Counted from the stretch's first letter, positions 48,515 through 58,405 are shown. The stretch is 64,000 bases of DNA from Candidatus Latescibacterota bacterium (GCA_965242535.1 OZ251458.1:4555203-4619202), one strand, 5' to 3'. Numbers and translations are program-made. Notes: a model not told the origin generated them from the letters alone.

Positions 48515-48612
48515 CTCTACGAGTTCCTCTTTGCGCGCCCGATCTTCGCAGAGGGCGGCCCGATGGGTCGCCGTTGAACGCAATCTCCCAAACGCACGCT
48601 GAACATCTGTTT

Positions 48613-49362
48613 TTAGCTGTTCTCCCCGACGAGAAGGGTATGGACATCGGCATCGTCCGCACGCGCTTGGTCTCGGGGATGGATGCGATAGCCGGCGACG
48701 ACAGCCATGGCATCTCGTTGAAAGACGACGCTTAAGGCATCGGCGGACTGACGCACGCGATCGATGTCGCGCTGACCGATGTCATTGGACACTTCGACAG
48801 CCACCCATACCACAGCGCGATCATCTTTGCGCTGGGCGCGAAGAATGAGGTCCGTTTCACTGATCCGGGTTTCCTGCGGGTCCGTGATGATGCCCTCGTC
48901 AAAGGCTTTTTCAACCGGCTCGAAAAGTTCAGAGCGGGTGTCTTGCACAGGGCTTTGCATCATCCGCGCCCTGCGAAGGCTGAACCGCTGGCTGAGAAGG
49001 GAGCGAATCCTTCTGTGGAGTTTCATTTCCAAAACATCTCCCTTGAGTTCGGCGACATCGACTTTGAGTTCGGCGACATCGACTTTGAGTTCGGCGACAT
49101 CGACTTTGAGTTCGGCGACATCGACTTTGAGTTCGGCGACATCGACTTTGAGCACTGCAACATCGGCTTTGAGCACTGCAACATCGGCTTTGAGTTCGGC
49201 GATGTCGGCTTCGACGCGCTCCAAGCGTATGGGTATGCCGAGAAATTCGTTGGTGAGCAACGCGCGCAACAAGAGGGTCTGCGCGTCGGGATTGGCCCGA
49301 AGCTCTTCGATGATGCGAGCGACCAGAGATTCGGGATTGAGTTTTGGGGCTTTCGTCGTCAT
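48613..49362 (-). CDS. Coiled-coil protein with a tandem heptad array (VAELKVD)n and C-terminal alpha/beta domain
   Basis: Eight in-frame units of 21 bp at 49045-49212 encode (A/V)(A/V)ELK(A/V)D heptads. The C-terminal ~100 aa are non-repetitive (possible nuclease-like fold; unverified). Confidence 0.6.
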   Translation of the reverse strand: MTTKAPKLNPESLVARIIEELRANPDAQTLLLRALLTNEFLGIPIRLERVEADIAELKADVAVLKADVAVLKVDVAELKVDVAELKVDVAELKVDVAELKVDVAELKGDVLEMKLHRRIRSLLSQRFSLRRARMMQSPVQDTRSELFEPVEKAFDEGIITDPQETRISETDLILRAQRKDDRAVVWVAVEVSNDIGQRDIDRVRQSADALSVVFQRDAMAVVAGYRIHPRDQARADDADVHTLLVGENS

Positions 49363-49477
49363 TTTTTCATTCCGTTCGATGTTGAAGCCTCTGCCATCTG
49401 CCTCGGTGTGGGGCGCGAAGTATTTCTGACGCGCTCAAAAAAATATACGAATGCAACGGGTTATGGTCAAGCGGGTT

Positions 49478-50452
49478 TTACCGATGCACGGCGCGTGCCG
49501 CTGCTTTTAACACGTCGATCCCCGCGCCGATTTTGGATGTGTTTTCCCCGAGATATCGCCGCCATGTCTTTGCACCCGGCACGCCGGTAAACAAGCCCGT
49601 GAGATGCCGCGCGATGTGATGCAATCGAACGCCTCGCGCGAGTTGATCGGACACGTAGGGCAAAAACGCCTGCAAAATCTCGTGCCGAGACGGTATGGGA
49701 CGCGCCGCACCGAAAAACCGCCGGTCCACATCGCAGAGAAAATAGGGATTTGAATAGGCTTCTCGCCCGATCATCACCCCATCGACGTGTGCCAAATGCG
49801 CGGCGGCCGCGTCGAGGGAGGTAATCCCGCCATTGATCACCACTTCCAAATGTGAAAACTCGCGCTTGATGCGATAGACCACATCGTAACACAAGGGCGG
49901 CACCTCCCGGTTTTGCTTTGGGCTCAACCCCCGAAGCCATGCTTTGCGCGCGTGAAACGCAAAAACCCGGCACCCGGATTCGCTGACCGTCTCGACAAAA
50001 CGCGCCAATTCTTCATGGGAATCGCGATCATCGACGCCAATCCGCGTTTTCACGGTCACGGGAATCTGCACCGCGTCTCGCATGGCGGATATGCCGTCGC
50101 GCACCCGGTCGGGTTCTTTCATCAAACACGCGCCAAACCGCCCGGATTGCACGCGGTCGCTCGGGCACCCCACGTTCAGGTTGATCTCGTCATAGCCCCA
50201 GTCTTCCCCCACTTTGGCGCACAGCGCGAGTTCGGCCGGATCGCTACCGCCCAACTGCAAAGCTATGGGATGTTCAAACGCATCGAATGCCAACAAGCGC
50301 GCACGGTCGCCATAGATGACCGCGCCGGTGGCGACCATTTCGGTGTAGAGCAAAACGCGACGGGAGATCAGGCGCAAGAAATACCGCTCGTGTCGGTCCG
50401 TGCAATCCATCATCGGCGCGATGGAAAATCGCCTGCTGCTTTCAATAGCCAT
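49478..50452 (-). CDS. dusA: tRNA dihydrouridine synthase A
   Basis: FSIAPMMDCTDRHERYF is the DusA N-terminal signature, with a TIM-barrel FMN domain, 324 aa. Confidence 0.9.
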   Translation of the reverse strand: MAIESSRRFSIAPMMDCTDRHERYFLRLISRRVLLYTEMVATGAVIYGDRARLLAFDAFEHPIALQLGGSDPAELALCAKVGEDWGYDEINLNVGCPSDRVQSGRFGACLMKEPDRVRDGISAMRDAVQIPVTVKTRIGVDDRDSHEELARFVETVSESGCRVFAFHARKAWLRGLSPKQNREVPPLCYDVVYRIKREFSHLEVVINGGITSLDAAAAHLAHVDGVMIGREAYSNPYFLCDVDRRFFGAARPIPSRHEILQAFLPYVSDQLARGVRLHHIARHLTGLFTGVPGAKTWRRYLGENTSKIGAGIDVLKAAARAVHR

Positions 50453-50472
50453 GCGAAAAATCCAGAATGCGA

Positions 50473-50502
50473 ATTGCGAAGCTTTGAACTGGCTGTCGCC
50501 AG
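50473..50502. repeat. 28-bp mini-palindrome GCTTTGAACTGGCTGTCGCCAGTTGTACCC (copy 1)
   Basis: Arms AACTGGC/GCCAGTT with loop TGTC. The same element sits inverted at 53167-53196, and a variant is nested in the MITE at 56353-56381. Confidence 0.8.
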
Positions 50503-50598
50503 TTGTACCCCGCTACATTTAGGCACAGGCGTAGCCTACGACGAAGCGGAGCGCGTAGCGGGGATAGGGGGTAGGTCTCGGGACGATCAAAACAACTT

Positions 50599-53142
50599 CT
50601 AAAGATCAAAGGAGTATTTCCCGTACCAGAACGCGCCGCCGAAACCGTAGGGGCTGTGCTCGCCGAAGGGTCTGCCCAGGCCTGTTGCGGGATCCTCGCC
50701 TGCGACCGCGTTCTCGTAATTCGTCGGTTCGGCGTTGAGGACATTTTGAACGCCGATGGTGATCGTCGATCCCGCGCCGAGTGAAAAACTGGATTCGAGG
50801 TCGAGCAAAAACGCGCTTCCAAAAACTTGGTGGCCCCAGTCCCATTCGTCCCACGAACCGTAATAACTGACGCGGCCCAACGCGCTCCAGTAATCGGTTG
50901 GGGCGTGGGTCAGCGTCACGTTCCCGCGGTGTCGGGGCAGTCCCCTTTCCAAGAGGGTGATGCGCTTTTGGTTGACCAAGTCGCTATCGTATTTGGTCAC
51001 GTCGGTTTGCGTGAAATTATACGCCAGACTCAGTTCCCCCGTAGCTCCGAATGGCGCGGTGAGCACGATGTCGATCCCTTGGGTGCGCGTTTCAAAATCG
51101 TTGGTGAAGAAGCGGAACTCTTGCAAATTGGCGATGCCCGCTGCGCGCAGTTGTTCTCGTTGCGCGTCGTCGAGTTCGTCTAGCTTGAAGTCCTGCGAGG
51201 TCGTCAGGCGATCCTTTACCACAATGTTGAAATAGTCAAAGGTGGCGCTGACCGGGGCAAAGGTGACGACCATGCCGGCCGAGATATTGACCGATTTTTC
51301 CGGTTGCAGCACATCGCCGCCCACCAGTGCCGCGGCCGGGTGCGTGGAGGGAATCGTGGCTTTGTTGACCAAGATGAGATTGCCCTCGTCGTCCTCGCCG
51401 GACTCCGTGGTCTCGTTGTAGGCATTTTGCTGCCCGGGCGTGGGTGCTCTAAAGCCCGTGCTGAACGAGGCGCGCACTTTCGCGTTTTCGTTGATCCCGT
51501 AGTTGGTCGCAAATTTGTAATTGACCGTGGATCCAAACCCCTCGAAATCTTCAAAGCGCAGCGCGACGCCGAGCAACCAGTCGTCCTGCGGGTTCCATTC
51601 CGCATCGCCGTAAATCGCCCAGTTGGATCGGCTCCACGCCCCGGCGGCGACATCGCTGAACCCCGGGAACCCATTGGAACTCGGCAAAAAGCCGTAGCGC
51701 GCCAACGGGCCCACTTCGTAGGACTTCGGCTCGCCGCTTACAATTTCAAACTTTTCAACGCGATATTCCAGCCCGGTCGCAAAAAAGAACCGCTCGCCAA
51801 ACGGATGGGTCACGTCGAAATTGAAATTGGCATCGGTCTGGATGTACGCGCCCGGATCAAATGCGGTCGGCGTGTTAGGGCCTAGGGACGCATTGATGGT
51901 TCGGTTGATGAAGAAATCGGTTTCGTGCCGCCCATAAGACGCGCTGAGATCCCAGGACAACAGCGATTTCGCGCCCCTAATCCCGGCCAACAAGGCGCGG
52001 TCTTGCGTGTTCGCGCCAAACCGGGGCGTGAATCCATTGGGAAACAGCTCTTGGAAGGTGAACAAATCCGGGTCGTCGAGAACCTTTTGCAGGGAATCCG
52101 GATGCGGTGTGTCATCGACGATGGGCACGATGGGCACCGCGCCGCCGCTCAAACTGCCGACGAGCAGGGTCTCGCCCTTGTCGATGCTGTACACGCCGTG
52201 TCGCTCATTGGGATTGCGGAAGTAGAACCCGCCCTCGACTTCCTTGCTGGCAAAATTGCCGTGCCCGTAAAATTCGACATCGTCGGTGATGGACGCGCCG
52301 TAATTGGCGAAGAGTTTCACGTCATTGCGGACGATGGGTTGGCCCCACGGTTGGGCCGGATCGGGTATGTCCTTGCCCAGCGCGACCAGGCGTGCGGCGT
52401 CGGCGCGTTGCACGGCGCGGTCCGTCTCATCCGCGTTGCCATACTCCGCGCTGAGGTTTATCCAAGTCCGATCATCGCCCAAGCCGACATTGCCCGCGAC
52501 GCTGTACGTCAAGCCATCGCCGGCTTGGAAAATGCCGGGTTTGAGCTGAAAAGACGCGCCTTGGGCACCGTCCTTGAGTTGGAAGTTCATCACCCCGGCA
52601 ATGGCGTCAGAGCCGTATTGCGCCGAGGCGCCATCGCGCAGGACTTCCACGCGCTTGAGGGCGATGGCCGGAATCGGGGATATGTCGGGGCCTTGCGCCG
52701 CATCGGATACGCCCGTGGGCCACCATGAGATCACGGATCCGCGGTGGCGGCGTTTGCCGTTGACGAGCACCAAGGTGTGGTCGGGCGCCAGGCCGCGCAG
52801 GTTGGCGGGTCGGACAAAGGTGGCCGCATCGCTGATCGGCTGGATGTTGACATTGTAAGACGGCACGACATTTCGCAGGAGATCGGGCAAATCCGTTCCG
52901 CCCTGGTTGACGAAATCTTCGCCTGAAACCACGTCGATGGGCACGGCGGATTCGGCGACGGAACGCGGCTGTGCGCGCGAACCGGTCACCACCAATTCAT
53001 CGAGCACGACGACGTCTGCGAGGATATCCGCGAACTCGGTCGAGGTGGTATCCGCGCTTGTGGTCGGCGGATTTTCCTGCGCGATGGCACTACCGATCAT
53101 CGCGAGCGCGAGGCCGAGCGCGAGGGGATACTTGTGCGGCAT
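50599..53142 (-). CDS. TonB-dependent outer-membrane receptor
   Basis: Signal peptide, TonB box DELVVTGSRA, plug domain, and a 22-strand barrel with a C-terminal aromatic-rich strand. The start was trimmed to ATG 53140-53142 with an AAAGGAG SD. Confidence 0.85.
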   Translation of the reverse strand: MPHKYPLALGLALAMIGSAIAQENPPTTSADTTSTEFADILADVVVLDELVVTGSRAQPRSVAESAVPIDVVSGEDFVNQGGTDLPDLLRNVVPSYNVNIQPISDAATFVRPANLRGLAPDHTLVLVNGKRRHRGSVISWWPTGVSDAAQGPDISPIPAIALKRVEVLRDGASAQYGSDAIAGVMNFQLKDGAQGASFQLKPGIFQAGDGLTYSVAGNVGLGDDRTWINLSAEYGNADETDRAVQRADAARLVALGKDIPDPAQPWGQPIVRNDVKLFANYGASITDDVEFYGHGNFASKEVEGGFYFRNPNERHGVYSIDKGETLLVGSLSGGAVPIVPIVDDTPHPDSLQKVLDDPDLFTFQELFPNGFTPRFGANTQDRALLAGIRGAKSLLSWDLSASYGRHETDFFINRTINASLGPNTPTAFDPGAYIQTDANFNFDVTHPFGERFFFATGLEYRVEKFEIVSGEPKSYEVGPLARYGFLPSSNGFPGFSDVAAGAWSRSNWAIYGDAEWNPQDDWLLGVALRFEDFEGFGSTVNYKFATNYGINENAKVRASFSTGFRAPTPGQQNAYNETTESGEDDEGNLILVNKATIPSTHPAAALVGGDVLQPEKSVNISAGMVVTFAPVSATFDYFNIVVKDRLTTSQDFKLDELDDAQREQLRAAGIANLQEFRFFTNDFETRTQGIDIVLTAPFGATGELSLAYNFTQTDVTKYDSDLVNQKRITLLERGLPRHRGNVTLTHAPTDYWSALGRVSYYGSWDEWDWGHQVFGSAFLLDLESSFSLGAGSTITIGVQNVLNAEPTNYENAVAGEDPATGLGRPFGEHSPYGFGGAFWYGKYSFDL

Positions 53143-53166
53143 GGAAGAACTCCTTTGAGGGCGCGA

Positions 53167-53196
53167 TGAGCCACGAGCGGATACAACTGGCGACAG
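53167..53196. repeat. 28-bp mini-palindrome, copy 2 (inverted relative to copy 1)
   Basis: GATACAACTGGCGACAGCCAGTTCAAGCTC is the reverse complement of GAGCTTGAACTGGCTGTCGCCAGTTGTATC. It lies 25 bp upstream of the receptor start codon. Confidence 0.8.
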
Positions 53197-53533
53197 CCAG
53201 TTCAAGCTCGTAGTCCGCCTCGGTTTTGATGGGTTTGATTGACGTACTCCCCTGGCTGAAGTCTAGCGTATTATCACATCTCTGTAACAGTTTGTAAAAG
53301 CGATGGTGACAAAACCGATTTTCCGCGGGCGACTCGGAGTGTGATCCTCGATGGGTATAAGGGCGGTCGCGAAAAAACAATCCCTTATGACGCCCGATTA
53401 TTGAGAAATCGCCTCAACTAAAAAATATGATAAAATCCGAGTGCTAGAGCAAGCGGGGTCTTACGGGCTATTTAGATAAACCCATCGCGCACGGTGTCAC
53501 CTCTGTTTCGCATTTGTCGATCGCCCCGATGGT

Positions 53534-53586
53534 TCTAAAAATTAAAAACGGCCGCATCCGGTTGCGCGCCGGACACAGGCCGTTTG
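53534..53586 (-). terminator. Rho-independent terminator for the outer-membrane beta-barrel gene (reads on the minus strand as hairpin + TTTTTAATTTTT)
   Basis: AAACGGCC...GGCCGTTT outer stem with inner stem TCCGG/CCGGA, immediately downstream of stop 53603. Confidence 0.5.
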
Positions 53587-53602
53587 AATTGTCCCGCCGC
53601 TG

Positions 53603-54766
53603 TTATCTCACCAGCCCGACCACGGAAAAAACTTGCCGAATAAACCGCTCTGACGCGCCGTGCGTCGCGCGGTTGCCCCGCCTTCCCGCCTCGACCACAT
53701 AGTGAAAACGCCCGCTGTCCTTTTGAAACGGCAGTGCAATGCCAAAGCTGGCCCCCCATTCGCCGATCGGCTCGCCGGATGTCGTCGGAAAATACAGGGA
53801 TCGGTAATGCACGCCCGCGCAGAGTTCAAAGCGGCGGCTCCTCACCAGCGGATCCGGGCTTCCGGTGCGCCACAACATCCCCGCGCCGATATCCCACGTA
53901 TCGAACCGCCCGCTCCCGGTTCCCGCCCACAACCCCCGCGACACATCGACCGATGCCAGCCAGCGATAGCCCGATAAATAGGTGATGCCCGCGCCAAATT
54001 CCCGGGGCATTTTCACATCGCTTTCGGTCGCGACCTCGCGGGCGTGGTTTTGTTCGACAAAGCGATTTCTTTGCACCTGCCGCTGTCGGATATCGCCTCC
54101 GATATCGACATTCGCGCCCAGGCTCCAGCGCGACGTGGGGGCGTAAATGATGCCAACCGATGGCGACCATCCGCGGTGCGTTCGCGTGATTTCGTCCCGA
54201 GAAAAAAACACGTCCTCGCGCTCAAAATTCTTTACCCAAGACTCGTTCAACGTGCCCATTGCCACCCAGTTGACGCGCCCGCCCACGAAGAGTTTGCGCC
54301 CGAACCGGTGCCCAAGTCCAAAGGAAATCGCCTGGATGCCCCCGGTCGCTTCCACCTCCAACCGATACGCCAAATCGCCCGTGCCGCGATTTGCAACCGC
54401 GCCGAAATCCATGTCGGTCAGCGGCTCGAGGCCGATGCCCAAAACCGGCCCGCGCCCCATCGGCAACACGATTTGAAACGCCCCCACATCCCCGTCATTG
54501 ACCGCGCGTTCGCCGCTCAAAAACCGGTGTTGCGCCGCGAATTGTACACTCGCCGCGGTCCTGCGAAACGCCCCCAACAGCGCGGGGTTGTGCGAGGAAA
54601 AATTGAGGCCATCCGCGAGGGCGCGCCCGGTGCCGCCCATGCTGCGCGACCGCGCATCCACGCGCCTGATCGGATCGCCGATGCCAGAAAAAGAAAAAAT
54701 CGTATCCGCCCGCGCAGGCAACACCAGCGCGCAAGCGAGACCCAAAGCGAGCAGTATTCGCATCAT
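53603..54766 (-). CDS. Outer-membrane beta-barrel protein, hypothetical
   Basis: Signal peptide MMRILLALGLACALVLPARA, alternating amphipathic beta-strand pattern, C-terminal ...VVGLVR. Confidence 0.55.
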   Translation of the reverse strand: MMRILLALGLACALVLPARADTIFSFSGIGDPIRRVDARSRSMGGTGRALADGLNFSSHNPALLGAFRRTAASVQFAAQHRFLSGERAVNDGDVGAFQIVLPMGRGPVLGIGLEPLTDMDFGAVANRGTGDLAYRLEVEATGGIQAISFGLGHRFGRKLFVGGRVNWVAMGTLNESWVKNFEREDVFFSRDEITRTHRGWSPSVGIIYAPTSRWSLGANVDIGGDIRQRQVQRNRFVEQNHAREVATESDVKMPREFGAGITYLSGYRWLASVDVSRGLWAGTGSGRFDTWDIGAGMLWRTGSPDPLVRSRRFELCAGVHYRSLYFPTTSGEPIGEWGASFGIALPFQKDSGRFHYVVEAGRRGNRATHGASERFIRQVFSVVGLVR

Positions 54767-54767
54767 A

Positions 54768-55976
54768 TCACAATTCCGGGGGATGGGAGTAGATGAGGTC
54801 CAAGCGCACGTCTTTCAAAACGATCCATTTGATAGCCGGGGGCGAATTTATGGGCGACCCCAAGGTCGACGTCGCAAAATTGAGCGGCGACAACACCAAC
54901 CCGTGATTCTCCCGCACGCCCGACGTCCACGCTTGAATCAAAGATTGGTTGAAGGTATACGTCGCGATTGTCGGTTCGGCGGTCAGCGACGTACCGCCTG
55001 TGTTATACGCCGTGAACGCGGTGTCGCGCGCCCCTTCTGAAACCGTCAGGCGATAGATGTCGAAGGGAAGGGACGCGAAATAGGAGCGATCCAGATCCAT
55101 CTCAAACCGCAATTTTGCCGAATTGATGGTCGCGCCTGGGGGGATATCCGCGGGCAGGTCGAAATTCAAGATGCTGCCGTAAAACACGCCCTCGGAGAGA
55201 ATCAGCAACTCCTCGGGCGGCCCGCCATTGACCCGCGCGTTCCAATACGTATCCGCATCGACTTGAACCGCCGTGCGGTCGGACACCTCGCCCACCCGAT
55301 ACACCAGTTCCAATTCGGGGAACACCGCGCCTGCACCTGCGGCTTCGCGGGCAAAGAGATCGAGCAAAAACTCCGCCGCGCCATCGGGTTGCAACAGGAT
55401 TTCCACGGTCGGCAGATCGGGCTCGGCCTGTCGCGCATCCTCCAAGAGCGACACCGGCAACGCGATCTGCACGCGGCCTTCAATCACCTGCGCGATCGCG
55501 CCTGCGATGGGCGTCGCCAGCACCTCTGTCTCGGCCGAGGTGAGCGTATCGACAAAGGACTGGAGTTCCTCCCAAGGCGAATCGGGCGTCAGCGCGGCAA
55601 GGGACGCATTCTCGACGAAGCGCGAGGCCCGAATGCCCAAATTGACGCGCAGGGAATCGACCGTCAAATCCGCCGACAGGCCGCCCGCATCGCCTGCCAA
55701 CTGGCCGATGGGCACGGTGAAACGCAACAGACTTCGCAGCATAAACCCATTCATCTGCCCGACCAGCAATTCATCTCGTTCGCCCATCCGCGTGGGGAAA
55801 AGTCGCAACTGAAAGGATCGGGACTGCGCGGACAACAACGGAATGTCGGACACCGCGACCGCATCGCCCGGATCGCGCCCGATCAAGCCATCGCCGAGTG
55901 GATTGCGCTTCTCGGTATTGCACCCGCCGAGCAACGCGGCGAACGCGAAAATCAAGAGCCATTGTTTTTTGATCAT
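54768..55976 (-). CDS. Lipoprotein, hypothetical
   Basis: Lipobox ALLGGC after the signal peptide. The start was trimmed to ATG 55974-55976 (MIKKQW). Confidence 0.55.
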   Translation of the reverse strand: MIKKQWLLIFAFAALLGGCNTEKRNPLGDGLIGRDPGDAVAVSDIPLLSAQSRSFQLRLFPTRMGERDELLVGQMNGFMLRSLLRFTVPIGQLAGDAGGLSADLTVDSLRVNLGIRASRFVENASLAALTPDSPWEELQSFVDTLTSAETEVLATPIAGAIAQVIEGRVQIALPVSLLEDARQAEPDLPTVEILLQPDGAAEFLLDLFAREAAGAGAVFPELELVYRVGEVSDRTAVQVDADTYWNARVNGGPPEELLILSEGVFYGSILNFDLPADIPPGATINSAKLRFEMDLDRSYFASLPFDIYRLTVSEGARDTAFTAYNTGGTSLTAEPTIATYTFNQSLIQAWTSGVRENHGLVLSPLNFATSTLGSPINSPPAIKWIVLKDVRLDLIYSHPPEL

Positions 55977-56086
55977 ATCGTCAACTCTGTGGAAAGGCAG
56001 GGAATGGAAAAACAAACGACGAAAAACGTTAAAGGGCGCAAAAAAAATGCGGATACGGGGATCAGGGATTAGTCTCAGTCCTATCC

Positions 56087-56580
56087 CATCAATCGTAGGG
56101 ACAGGCCCCTGTGCTCATTTGTCCCAACTCATTCATTGTCGGGATCGCTTTGCTGTTCCACCGTCCTTCAGAGAAGCCATCACCAAACGTGCCATCCCAA
56201 AAGCCCATCAACGAAAGCCATCGCGCACAGCGCGCAAGTCCGTCTCGCAACCCACATCTTTGTTGCAACCCACTTCGCAGGCCAACGCATGTCGTGCAAT
56301 TACAAAAGCGATTTGCGCTGTGCTAGCCCCTCGGCGCATGAGAGCGGCATTTTTGAACTGCTCGGGCAGTTGTACCCCGCTCGCCTACTTTTTTTTGCTG
56401 TTGAAAAAAAGTAGGTCGCCGAAGGCATCGAAGGCAACCCACGATGCTTTCGGACCAAGCGCTTTAGAAAAGCGAGCCCCGTCGGTGCGGATGGGTGCGG
56501 ATCAACATTTGGTATCATTTAATTTTTGGAGTAATTAGTTGGTACAAATGGCCCCCGTGCCTATCCTCAATCCGAACCCC
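56087..56580 (-). mobile_element. MITE-like non-coding repeat, copy 2 (inverted), with a nested 28-bp mini-palindrome and flanking hairpin/TTGGTACAAATG modules
   Basis: The reverse complement of 56140-56485 aligns to 8921-9245. There is an extra GAACTGCTCGGGCAGTTGTACCCC at 56353-56381. Hairpin copies sit at 56087-56125 and 56545-56575. Confidence 0.65.
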
Positions 56581-56618
56581 ACCGCGCTCTCGTCTCGCGC
56601 CTTAAACGTCTCAAAGCG

Positions 56619-58349
56619 TCAAATGTTGCGCGATGCGCGACGCGAAATCGCGCGTTTTATGCCGGGTAAAAAAAGCGATTCGCACACGCGATCCCAACTC
56701 ATTTGCGCGGCGAGTTCATAGCCTGCATGCAAGCGCGCCTCGCGTTCCTCGTCGGATGTGGGCAGCGCATTGGCGATTTCCCACGCGACTTTTCGCGCCA
56801 CTTTGTCCTCTTGAATCCGGCGTTCAGGCCCGCCGATAGCGCGGGCATCTGCGTTGTTGTCCAGCGCGACATCTGCCGCATAATCCGCGACCACAACGCG
56901 ATCTAAGGCGGCGATGCGATCCAAAAATCCGCAACACCCGCACGCACTGCTCGGCACGCAAATCGCGCCAAAGGTCAAGGGCTCGAGCACGGCAATGCCA
57001 AACGGCTCGTAAATCGACTGCCCAAATTCGACATCCGTGCCCCGGCGCAAATCCGCAAAGGCCATCTCGTGGGGCATGCGCTGCCCGCAACTCGCCCTGT
57101 CCCATCCGAATTGATTGACCAGAATCGCCCGCACGGCGGTTGCCTCTCGGTTAAACGCCACCACATCGCGATAGATATCCACTTCGCTCGAGACCAAGTC
57201 CGGATGCCCTTCGCGGTGGACGACCGGCCATCCGTATTCGGATTCCATTTTCTCGACATCGCGCGACCCGCGCGGGCCGGCCGCGGTCGTCAAAAGAAAA
57301 AACACACCCGTTTGGCCCTCGTCCTTCAGCAGGTTATCGAGATGCGTCAACACGAGCAAATCGCGCCACAGGCCCTTGCTGATCACGGGCCTCGCGACGT
57401 GCGTCATCACCACGTCGGGCGCGTAGCCGAGCAAATTTTGCGCGTATTGCAACAGGCGCGAGCGCGAGCGCGATTTGTCGGCGTAAGCGATTTGCTCCGC
57501 GGGGATGCCGTTGTACACCAAGTCGATGGGGCGATCTCCAAATCCCATCAAGCGCAGTTCGTCGAGGGTGGGATCGCCCACGGCGAAAATCCCATCGCAG
57601 TGCGATGCCAGTTGCACCAGCGCGTGCCGGTGATAATCGGACTGATCTCCAAACAGATCCTCGACGGTTTCGCCCCGTGATAGGGCGCGCGCCATCGCGT
57701 TGTAAAACATGACATCGTGCCCGGGGTGGCTCTCTACGATCCCGCGCATGGCCGACACCTCATGCGCGTAAAAAATGGTCCGAAAGCGCGGGTCGTCCTC
57801 CATGATCGCCTCGAGCGCGATGGGCATGCCCATATACTCGTGCGCGAGCACAATATGCGGCCCGGGCGCGGCGCCGATCAGATCGGAAACCGCTTCGTAA
57901 GCCGCTTCGGCGATATCGACATACCGCGCGTAATCCGCGACCGAATCGTATCGGTCGGACGACAGGCCAAAGTGCCGATAGAGATTGTACTTGAAATTGC
58001 GCGACCGCAGGGGGTTGAGGTCTTCGGCATCTACGAGCAACACCTCGGCTTCGGCCCCGCCGGCAAATCGCCGCGTCCCGTAGATGAGATTGACATTATA
58101 CCGCTCGGCCGTGTGGCTGAGCGCGTCGGCATGCGGGGTATTTTGCTCGCCGGAAACCGTGGAAAAAAGCACCGTGCCACTCGCCGCGAGGAGGTCTTCA
58201 TCGTCGAGGCGCGACAGAGGGCCGACGAGGAAGGACCGCGCCACGGCGTTTTGATACGCCGATGAGGTGATCAAGCCCTCGAGCACAGCACCGATCCCCC
58301 CGACTTTTTGGATGGATTCGTGCGTCGCGTGAATAATCGTGTAGTCCAT
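56619..58349 (-). CDS. Glycosyltransferase family 4 (glycogen/sucrose-phosphate-synthase-like GT-B)
   Basis: N-terminal ...HESIQKVGGIGAVLEGL... and C-terminal E(x7)E region YEPFGIAVLEPLTFG, 576 aa. Confidence 0.7.
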   Translation of the reverse strand: MDYTIIHATHESIQKVGGIGAVLEGLITSSAYQNAVARSFLVGPLSRLDDEDLLAASGTVLFSTVSGEQNTPHADALSHTAERYNVNLIYGTRRFAGGAEAEVLLVDAEDLNPLRSRNFKYNLYRHFGLSSDRYDSVADYARYVDIAEAAYEAVSDLIGAAPGPHIVLAHEYMGMPIALEAIMEDDPRFRTIFYAHEVSAMRGIVESHPGHDVMFYNAMARALSRGETVEDLFGDQSDYHRHALVQLASHCDGIFAVGDPTLDELRLMGFGDRPIDLVYNGIPAEQIAYADKSRSRSRLLQYAQNLLGYAPDVVMTHVARPVISKGLWRDLLVLTHLDNLLKDEGQTGVFFLLTTAAGPRGSRDVEKMESEYGWPVVHREGHPDLVSSEVDIYRDVVAFNREATAVRAILVNQFGWDRASCGQRMPHEMAFADLRRGTDVEFGQSIYEPFGIAVLEPLTFGAICVPSSACGCCGFLDRIAALDRVVVADYAADVALDNNADARAIGGPERRIQEDKVARKVAWEIANALPTSDEEREARLHAGYELAAQMSWDRVCESLFLPGIKRAISRRASRNI

Positions 58350-58405
58350 AGCGATTTCTCAAGAGTACGCCAGAGACGAGGGCACGCCGACATTGCGATC
58401 GCCAA

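Noticed and set aside
53143-53602. Looked for a cobalamin/TPP riboswitch in the 400-bp leader of the TonB-dependent receptor
   Set aside because: No B12-box or TPP core (CUGAGA/ACCUGAUCUGGAUAAUGCCAGCG) was recognisable by eye. Only the mini-palindrome and a terminator of the upstream gene were found.
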